From contig JAZRPG010000041.1 of assembly GCA_045649105.1 (NCBI GenBank), forward strand, positions 10,566-74,565: 64,000 nucleotides of DNA, in the 5' to 3' direction. A model generated the notes under the pieces. The model was not told the DNA's origin and ran no database searches. It was given only the letters and a program-made list of their open reading frames with translations. Below, one piece after another: positions 57,292 through 64,000 of this stretch. The position numbers were made by a program, and so were the translations under genes. The stretch's first letter is position 1; every line of letters starts with the position of its first letter. This DNA is from Eubacteriales bacterium. Its GTDB lineage: Bacteria; Bacillota; Clostridia; Oscillospirales; JAAYXM01.

Positions 57292-58566
57292 TTAAAACTT
57301 TTTCTTATCCGCCCAAAGGCCAAGCGCAGGATTTCCGATATAGAAAATCTCCTCGCCGTTGTCCATTTTATTTATGCCGTTCTTAAGCTTTGCCGGGTCG
57401 TATTTCTTAAGCGCCTCATCAAGCGACATATACTTAAACCCTGCACCCTCGACCTCCTCACGGGAAAGGTGCCGTGTCGCATATGTTATTGAGAATCTGC
57501 CGTCGGACGAGCCGTGCACCAGATGCGCCGCAACGCCCTGATTCTCCTGCAGGTCCTTCTCTGTTGCAAAGAGCTTTAAGATGTTCTCACGCCCGATATA
57601 CCCGTATTTGCGGATAAGAGCATCGTTTGTGTCGTCCTCTCCGAAGTGGCGTACACCCGGTGCGAGGATTATAAGCTCACCGTCATCTGCCATTGCCATT
57701 CGCGTACGGTACACGGCCTTGTTTCCGAGCCATGTGCTCTGGAACTCCTCTTCATCGAGCCAGACAACGCATTTTTTAAACGGCTCGTCTACAAAGGTCA
57801 TGTTCTTCTCCTGGGCAAGCTTTACCGCCTTTTCAAATACCGAGCGGTTATCGCCGATAAACAGACCGTGGATTTTAAGACCATCCTCATCATTCGTGGT
57901 GACCGTCAGTATATAAACTATCGGAAGTTTTGAGAGGAAATTCTCCTGCGCATAGTCAAACACGCGCCTTACAGGCGTACCATCGCGGCCCATTATGCGC
58001 TCCATTCCGTAAAGCGCGCCGAGCATGTGCGATTTATTTATAAAGCTGCTGCCGCCGACACCGACAAGAATGTTCTTCGTGTAGTTTGCCATGCCGATAA
58101 CCTCATGCGGCACGACCTGACCTATAGATATAATTTTCCCGTAACCGCCCTCAACAAGAGCACGGTTGACCTCAACATCAAAACTTTCATTGACGATGCC
58201 CTCCGATACCTCTGAGACAAACTCCTTCGGAACAACACCGACTTTCATAACATCCTCGCGCCAGTTGTGGTCTAAAAAACGCTCCTTTGGGATATCCGTT
58301 CCGAAAAATGTCTCGCGCTGAACATCACTTACCGGCTCATGAGTTCCGAGTGCCGGCATAAGGTCAACATGGCTTCTGTCCCCGATTTCCTTATAAAGCA
58401 TCTGCGAAATCATGCCCGCTCCTGAGTGCATGCGCGTAAAGTCCGGAGGAATAAGAAGTGTGCGCTCAGGGATTTCTGATTCATCTATGAATTTTTTGAT
58501 GGCCGCCTCTATCGAAAACTTCGATAAACCGCGCTTATCATTTGCATACAATACTATATCCTTCAC
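57292..58566 (-). CDS. LarA-like (nickel-pincer-dependent 2-hydroxyacid racemase/epimerase family, DUF2088) protein
   Basis: 424 aa. GTG start with an AAGGAGG RBS. VVPHEVIGMANYTKNILVGVGGSSFINKSH reproduces the His-x9-Lys-x15-His spacing recalled for LarA His174/Lys184/His200. Confidence 0.75.
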   Translation of the reverse strand: MKDIVLYANDKRGLSKFSIEAAIKKFIDESEIPERTLLIPPDFTRMHSGAGMISQMLYKEIGDRSHVDLMPALGTHEPVSDVQRETFFGTDIPKERFLDHNWREDVMKVGVVPKEFVSEVSEGIVNESFDVEVNRALVEGGYGKIISIGQVVPHEVIGMANYTKNILVGVGGSSFINKSHMLGALYGMERIMGRDGTPVRRVFDYAQENFLSKLPIVYILTVTTNDEDGLKIHGLFIGDNRSVFEKAVKLAQEKNMTFVDEPFKKCVVWLDEEEFQSTWLGNKAVYRTRMAMADDGELIILAPGVRHFGEDDTNDALIRKYGYIGRENILKLFATEKDLQENQGVAAHLVHGSSDGRFSITYATRHLSREEVEGAGFKYMSLDEALKKYDPAKLKNGINKMDNGEEIFYIGNPALGLWADKKKF

Positions 58567-58581
58567 GTATTATCCTCCTTG

Positions 58582-58616
58582 AAAAAAGCGGGAATGCGCA
58601 CAGCAGCCCCGCTTTT
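58582..58616 (-). terminator. gnd terminator
   Basis: Reverse strand AGCGGG...CCCGCT stem followed by T6. Confidence 0.65.
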
Positions 58617-58631
58617 ATTCCTGTTTTTAAG

Positions 58632-60086
58632 TTATGCCTCGTATGTGCTTGCCGCAGTGTCTCCGCCGCGACCTGTCCAATTCGTGTGGAAGAATTCCCC
58701 GCGAGCCTTGTCGACTCTCTCGTATGTATGTGCACCGAAGTAATCGCGCTGTGCCTGGAGAAGGTTTGCCGGGAGTCTGTCTGTTGTATACCCGTCAAAA
58801 TATGTGAGCGCTGATGTGAGTGCAGGTGCAGCGATTCCGTTAAGTACTGCTGTTGAGCAGACACGGCGCCAGCTTTCAAGAGACTTTGAAACCGTCTCTT
58901 TGAAGAACGGGTCAAGAAGGAGGTTTGAAAGAGCGGGATTATTATCAAACGCCTCTTTAATCTTCTTTAAGAAGACAGAGCGGATAATGCATCCGCCTCT
59001 CCACATAAGAGCGATTCCGCCGTAGTTCAGATTCCATTTATATGTCTCTGCCGCAGCGCGCATGAGTGTGTAACCCTGTGCATATGAAACAATCTTTGCG
59101 GCATAAAGCGCATTCTTGATATCCTCTATAAACTGCTTCTTGTCGCCTGTGAAGTTAACCTTCTTTACACCCTCGTATGTCTTTGCGGCAACAACGCGCT
59201 CTTCTTTAAGTGCCGAAAGGCTGCGTGCAAACACGGCCTCACATATAAGTGTTACGGGCATACCCTCGTCAAGAGATGCAATAGCAGTCCACTTACCTGT
59301 TCCCTTCTGGCCTGCAGTGTCAAGTATTTTATCAACTATCGGAGCGCCGTCAGTATCCTTATATGCGAGAATATCGCGTGTAATCTCGATAAGGTAGCTG
59401 TCAAGCTCGCCCTCGTTCCACTCTTTAAATACCTCGTGCATTTCGTCTGCCGACATGCCGAGAACTTCCTTCATAATCTGATATGCCTCGCATATAAGCT
59501 GCATATCACCGTATTCAATTCCGTTATGGACCATTTTTACAAAGTGGCCTGCGCCATTCTCTCCGACCCAGTCGCAGCATGCGCTTCCGTCTTCAACCTT
59601 TGCGCAGATGCTCTGGAATATCGGCTTTACATATTCCCAGGCTGCAGGCGAGCCGCCCGGCATCATGCTCGGGCCAAGAAGCGCGCCCTCCTCACCGCCG
59701 GAAACACCCGTTCCGACATAGAGAAGGCCCTTTGACTCAACATACTCCGTACGGCGGATAGTGTCCGGGAAATGCGAGTTTCCGCCGTCAATGATTATGT
59801 CGCCCGGCTCAAGATACGGGATTATTGTATCGATAAACTCATCTACTGCTTTTCCCGCCTTAACCATCATCATTACCTTGCGGGGCTTCTCAAGATTGTC
59901 GACAAGCTCCTGAAGCGAATATGTGCCGATTATGTTTTTGCCCTTAGCGCGGCCGTTTACAAATTTCTCGACCTTTGATGTTGTTCTGTTGTATACCGCA
60001 ACGGTAAATCCCTTGCTCTCCATATTCATAACAAGGTTCTCACCCATAACGGCGAGGCCTATAAGTCCGATATCTGCCTTTTTCAT
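58632..60086 (-). CDS. gnd: NADP-dependent 6-phosphogluconate dehydrogenase (decarboxylating)
   Basis: 484 aa. IGLIGLAVMGENL Rossmann fold, GAGHFVKMVHNGIEYGDMQLI signature. Confidence 0.96.
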   Translation of the reverse strand: MKKADIGLIGLAVMGENLVMNMESKGFTVAVYNRTTSKVEKFVNGRAKGKNIIGTYSLQELVDNLEKPRKVMMMVKAGKAVDEFIDTIIPYLEPGDIIIDGGNSHFPDTIRRTEYVESKGLLYVGTGVSGGEEGALLGPSMMPGGSPAAWEYVKPIFQSICAKVEDGSACCDWVGENGAGHFVKMVHNGIEYGDMQLICEAYQIMKEVLGMSADEMHEVFKEWNEGELDSYLIEITRDILAYKDTDGAPIVDKILDTAGQKGTGKWTAIASLDEGMPVTLICEAVFARSLSALKEERVVAAKTYEGVKKVNFTGDKKQFIEDIKNALYAAKIVSYAQGYTLMRAAAETYKWNLNYGGIALMWRGGCIIRSVFLKKIKEAFDNNPALSNLLLDPFFKETVSKSLESWRRVCSTAVLNGIAAPALTSALTYFDGYTTDRLPANLLQAQRDYFGAHTYERVDKARGEFFHTNWTGRGGDTAASTYEA

Positions 60087-60120
60087 ATCAATTGTCCTCC
60101 TTATTTATTTGTTGCTCTTT

Positions 60121-61014
60121 TTACTTTTCCGGCTTCCATGGCGGAAGCTCAGGAAGATAAGTGTCAAACTCAGCAATGAGAGCTGCCTCATACTCACCTG
60201 CATATGTTCCGTTGACAAAGCGTTCAAGCGCCTCGTCGTAAAAGCGCTTCCATGCTCTGTCCTCGTCTCCCGGCAAAATCGGGAAGAACAGGACTCCGTT
60301 TGCCTTTGCAGCTTTCATGTCGCCCGGCGCATCGCCGACCATGAGGACATGGTCATTCTCATATCTTCCGTTTTTGGAAATATCGATACAGTGAGCTTTA
60401 TTGCCCATTTCCTGACCTGCGATTACCTTTACAAACTTTGCTATGTCATGCTCTGCCCATTCGCGCTCAAGTGCCTCGCTCGGCGTTGCCGAAACAACAA
60501 TTGCATCAGCATACTCCTGCATCTTTTCAAGAGATTTTTTTGCATACGGGAACGGCGGAACATCGCGCACGATTTTTGTGACCGTATCGTTTACTGCAAC
60601 AGACCATCTGAGCGTTCTTTCAAGAACAGGGTCCTTTGTCTCCTCAACAGCCTTTATAAGTGCAGGGTTACCGAGGTTTTTCTCTGTATTCTGCCATTCT
60701 AAAAGCTTTGCGTATTCAGGAAGCTTAAATCCTCTGTCCTGAACCTCCTTACGGTCCGCAAGAAGCTCAAACACCTTTATAAGTGCGGGGAACCGGTTTA
60801 TTCCGCGATATTTCGAATAAAGATTTACAAACTCTGCCGCTTCACGGGCATATTTGGATACTGCCTGAAGTCCCCACTCGTTTATCGTGTTCGGGCAGAA
60901 GCACTCCTTGTGCTTTATCTCCATTGTATCGAACGCACACCCGTCCGAATCGATGCAGATAAGAAAATCCTTTGTCTTTTTAAGGTCAATAAGCGGTTGT
61001 GATGGATTCTGCAT
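60121..61014 (-). CDS. HAD-superfamily hydrolase
   Basis: Trimmed to MQNPSQPL (AGGAGG RBS 6 nt upstream, overlapping the pfp stop). DSDGC motif I and GDAPGD motif. Confidence 0.75.
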   Translation of the reverse strand: MQNPSQPLIDLKKTKDFLICIDSDGCAFDTMEIKHKECFCPNTINEWGLQAVSKYAREAAEFVNLYSKYRGINRFPALIKVFELLADRKEVQDRGFKLPEYAKLLEWQNTEKNLGNPALIKAVEETKDPVLERTLRWSVAVNDTVTKIVRDVPPFPYAKKSLEKMQEYADAIVVSATPSEALEREWAEHDIAKFVKVIAGQEMGNKAHCIDISKNGRYENDHVLMVGDAPGDMKAAKANGVLFFPILPGDEDRAWKRFYDEALERFVNGTYAGEYEAALIAEFDTYLPELPPWKPEK

Positions 61015-61024
61015 TTTTTGCCTC

Positions 61025-62320
61025 CTATTTCTTTCTAAGTGCTTCAAGCTCATATGCCGGAAGCTTTTTCTCCGCAAATATGGGTTTAAAACGCGTAAAG
61101 CGCATACGCCCGTCTATTGTCGGAATTGAAACAAAGTCTTCGCCTATGAGCGGCTTTGCATATTTTACATACTCATCCGTAACATCCATACGGTTCTTTG
61201 TGAGCCATGCTTCCGGGAAAGTACGCTCAGAGTTCGCAACAACAGAGAGCGGAACCTTGTCATAATCCACATTATAGATTATGCCCGGGCGGCGTGTGAG
61301 CGTCGACATATATCCGTTTCCGTCCTCACGCGCGATAAGAACAGCTTTCTGACCAAGCTTATATGCCTCGTCAAGGTCTACTGCGGAGACAAAGTTTATG
61401 TTTCCGCGCTGATCCGTTCCCGGAACCTGAGCACGGGCAGCTCCGCGTGTGCGAAGGCCGACCTCATTCAGATAATTTACAACTATCTGCGCAACAGTTG
61501 TTTTGCTTGCACTGAACTGTGTATGACCGAAGGAATCCTTTGTATCTCCGAGGCTTCCGACATCTACGCCCTCTCCGATTACAAGCATTGCACGTCCGCG
61601 GGAGATAAGCATCTCATTTACGCGCTCGGCAATCTCGGGAAGCGTAATCTTTGATTCTGCCATGCAAATAAGAAGCGGAAGCTCACGCTCCGGATCTGCA
61701 AGACGCGCAGCCGCCGGGATATAACCGATCTTTCTGCCCATTGCCTGCATTACGAGAACCGGATCCGCCGGAGATGAGCCGTTATTTTCCTCGTTTGCAT
61801 TCTGAACCATACTTGCCCAATATTTTGCAACACTTCCGTAACCGGGAGTGTGGTCTATAACCTTAAACTCCGTGTCGCCGACATCATTGTCTATTGTCTT
61901 TGGCACACCTGTAGCGATAAGCTCAAGTCCGCTCTCGCGGGCAAGCTTGCTTATTTTATTCGCAGTGTCCATCGAGTCGTTTCCGCCTATGTAGAAAAGA
62001 TATCCGATATCGTGTGCGCGGAACACCTCTATAAGACGCTTAAAATCCTCCTGCTGATGGCTTTTGAGCTTATATCGACATGTGCCGATTGAGCCCGCTG
62101 TCGGTGTTGTGCGCAGGAGCGAAATCTCCTCCTGAGGCTGGTCACTTAAATTGAGGAGCTCCTCATTAAGTATTCCTTCAACTCCATGATATCCTGCATA
62201 CACCGTTCCGAAAACCTCCGGGAACATTTTGCATGTCTCAATAACTCCGCGGAGTGAATTATTGATAACCGGAGTGGGTCCTCCCGACTGGGCAACAACC
62301 ACATTGCGCGGTTTACTCAT
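61025..62320 (-). CDS. pfp: Phosphofructokinase, probably diphosphate-dependent (PPi-PFK)
   Basis: 431 aa. GGNDS and PKTIDND (Lys in place of the Gly of ATP-PFK PGTIDND) favour PPi dependence. Confidence 0.8.
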   Translation of the reverse strand: MSKPRNVVVAQSGGPTPVINNSLRGVIETCKMFPEVFGTVYAGYHGVEGILNEELLNLSDQPQEEISLLRTTPTAGSIGTCRYKLKSHQQEDFKRLIEVFRAHDIGYLFYIGGNDSMDTANKISKLARESGLELIATGVPKTIDNDVGDTEFKVIDHTPGYGSVAKYWASMVQNANEENNGSSPADPVLVMQAMGRKIGYIPAAARLADPERELPLLICMAESKITLPEIAERVNEMLISRGRAMLVIGEGVDVGSLGDTKDSFGHTQFSASKTTVAQIVVNYLNEVGLRTRGAARAQVPGTDQRGNINFVSAVDLDEAYKLGQKAVLIAREDGNGYMSTLTRRPGIIYNVDYDKVPLSVVANSERTFPEAWLTKNRMDVTDEYVKYAKPLIGEDFVSIPTIDGRMRFTRFKPIFAEKKLPAYELEALRKK

Positions 62321-62509
62321 CTTTAATAATCCTCCTATTCATTGATGCCGTAGAACAAATGTTAATTACTTAATATTCTATACCATATATGAAAAAATTT
62401 CAACTCTTTTTTAGCACTACAGGGCTTATTGTTCTGTTTTTTTAATCAACTTTCTTATATTGCCTTTTGAATGCAATTGTGGTAACATATCCCTCGGGGT
62501 GAAATTATT

Positions 62510-63004
62510 ATGATTTATAAATTTGGAGATATCAAACCAACAATCAGCAAAGACGCATTTGTTGCCGATGAGGCCTCGATTATAGGCGATGTAACCGTTA
62601 ACAGCGGCGCAAGCATATGGTTCGGTGCAGTCCTTCGCGGTGATCAGGCACATATCGAAATCGGAGAGATGTCAAACGTCCAGGACAACGCAACGGTCCA
62701 CGCAAATACTACGCTCGGACGCGGTGTTACCGTCGGGCATAATGCGATTGTTCACGGCTGCACAATCGGCGATAATACGCTGATTGGCATGGGCGCAATA
62801 GTTCTCGACGGCGCAGAAATCGGCAAAAACTGCATCGTAGGCGCAGGAGCACTCGTTACGGGCGGAAAGAAATTCCCCGACGGCTCACTCATTATAGGCG
62901 CTCCCGCCTCTGCAAAGCGCGAGTTATCGCCCGAGGAAATTGCCTCAATCAAAGAAAATGCCGACGAATATGTTGAGCTTTCCCGCAAATACAGAAAGAT
63001 TTAA
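62510..63004 (+). CDS. Gamma-carbonic-anhydrase-like left-handed beta-helix protein
   Basis: 164 aa. Hexapeptide repeats; IWFGAVLRGD...NVQDNATVHA. Confidence 0.88.
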   Translation: MIYKFGDIKPTISKDAFVADEASIIGDVTVNSGASIWFGAVLRGDQAHIEIGEMSNVQDNATVHANTTLGRGVTVGHNAIVHGCTIGDNTLIGMGAIVLDGAEIGKNCIVGAGALVTGGKKFPDGSLIIGAPASAKRELSPEEIASIKENADEYVELSRKYRKI

Positions 63005-63016
63005 GTATTTTTAGAC

Positions 63017-63058
63017 AAAAAAGCAGAGTATAGGTTTTTACCTATACTCTGCTTTTTT
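63017..63058. terminator. Bidirectional terminator (gamma-CA-like / kinase genes)
   Basis: 12-bp stem GCAGAGTATAGG/CCTATACTCTGC flanked by A6 and T6. Confidence 0.85.
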
Positions 63059-63064
63059 ATTATT

Positions 63065-64000
63065 TTATATCAGTTCTTTTATAATCGCGTTTAATTCGTC
63101 ATACTTTTTAAGTATATCCTTTGCAAGCGCAAGCTGTGAACGGCACCTGTCAAGATTATGCCCCGGATAATCCGTCTTAAAATAGCGGTCACCCGTCAGA
63201 TAGTCATCAAGAAAACGGCCTGCAATCTCCATTGTGATTGCAAATGCTCCGTGTACAAGATTTGAAATCTCGACATCCTTGAGAACATTCCCCGCAACGC
63301 TTAAGTAGCCGCGCGAAAGGGCGCGGAATTTATCCAAATCTATCGATACCTTTGATAAATTCGTCTCGTCCTCTGCCGCCGTATTCGCACAAAAACGAAC
63401 CGCATCGCCGAAATCATGAAGCGCAAGGCCGGGCATTACCGTATCAAGATCTATAACTGCAAGCGCCTCATGTGTTTCTGTATCAAACAGGACATTATTG
63501 CATTTCGTGTCATTATGTGTGACGCGCACGGGAAGCATGCCGGCCTTCTGCATTGCTGTAAGCTTTACGGTTTCTTCAAGATTCTCTCTGAAAAACTTAA
63601 GCTCCGCCGATGCATCCGCCGCACGCCCGAGCATATTTTCTTCTGCGTGCTTAAACAGAGTCGCCATGCGTTTTTCCGTATCGTGAAAATCCTCTATCGT
63701 TTCAAAAAGCTCGCTCGCATCAAAGTCGTCAAGCATCATCTGAAAACGCCCGAAAGCGATTCCTGTCTGTTCAAGAACTTCAAGATTGTCACAAGTATCA
63801 TATGTAACAGAGTTGTCTATAAATTTATATGCACGCCAACAATGTAATTCTTCATCAAAATGACAGCTCTTGCCGTTACGGTCCCTCAAAAACTCAAGCA
63901 CCATTCGCCCCGTTTTTGCGCCGAGTTTTTTTGATATATGCGAAGTGACCTTGAATATATTATCCATCATACGTTCAGGATTTTTAAAAACATATGTGTT
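63065..64000 (-). CDS. N-acetylhexosamine 1-kinase-like (APH-fold) phosphotransferase; N-terminus beyond the right edge
   Basis: The reading frame stays open upstream of the track Met to position 64000 (...NTYVFKNPERMMDNIF). WRAYKFI, VTHNDTKCNNVLFD and IDLDTVMPG resemble NahK/LnpB. Confidence 0.75.
   Translation of the reverse strand, partial: NTYVFKNPERMMDNIFKVTSHISKKLGAKTGRMVLEFLRDRNGKSCHFDEELHCWRAYKFIDNSVTYDTCDNLEVLEQTGIAFGRFQMMLDDFDASELFETIEDFHDTEKRMATLFKHAEENMLGRAADASAELKFFRENLEETVKLTAMQKAGMLPVRVTHNDTKCNNVLFDTETHEALAVIDLDTVMPGLALHDFGDAVRFCANTAAEDETNLSKVSIDLDKFRALSRGYLSVAGNVLKDVEISNLVHGAFAITMEIAGRFLDDYLTGDRYFKTDYPGHNLDRCRSQLALAKDILKKYDELNAIIKELI

Overview
This 64-kb window is a dense chromosomal housekeeping region from an anaerobic, endospore-forming Firmicute. 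The class Clostridia is inferred from gene content: yabP/yabQ/divIC synteny, an alpha/beta SASP, SigH, a class II RNR, a PPi-dependent PFK and YgiQ/HemZ radical SAM enzymes. Positions 1-24.8 kb form one minus-strand block: radical SAM, sigH, ruvABC, ygiQ, ftsK, the B. subtilis-like yabM-mazG-hup-yabO-yabP-yabQ-divIC-yabR cluster, mtaD, hemZ, dtd, relA and recJ. The block from 24.9 to 39.1 kb holds acpP, nifS-like, purA, nrdJ (with NrdR boxes), a UDP-ManNAc dehydrogenase-like gene, HIT, alaS, a lipoprotein, fumC and a DMT transporter. Positions 39.4-47.4 kb are a seven-gene aromatic amino acid operon (aroF-tyrA-aroB-aroA-aroC-pheA-aroE/K). It is followed by a T-box-controlled HTH-cupin-acyl-CoA synthetase fusion. 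Positions 50-64 kb contain tRNA-Pro(CGG), a SASP gene, a cell-envelope glycopolymer cluster (O-antigen-ligase-like, DUF4330, GT4-CsaB fusion, TuaH-like GT), a LarA-like gene, gnd, HAD, pfp, a gamma-CA-like gene and a NahK-like kinase that runs off the right edge. I saw no mobile elements, CRISPR arrays, prophage or defence islands. The features most worth follow-up are regulatory or architectural. First, the aro operon has a non-T-box terminator/antiterminator leader carrying a 27-codon Phe/Tyr-rich uORF. Second, a canonical T-box (specifier most likely AUC, Ile; Leu is the alternative) drives an acyl-CoA synthetase fused to an XRE-HTH/cupin module rather than an aaRS, biosynthetic or transporter gene. 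Third, an orphan lipoprotein looks like a circularly permuted type-II substrate-binding protein. Coordinates of hand-mapped RNA and promoter elements may be off by 1-2 nt.
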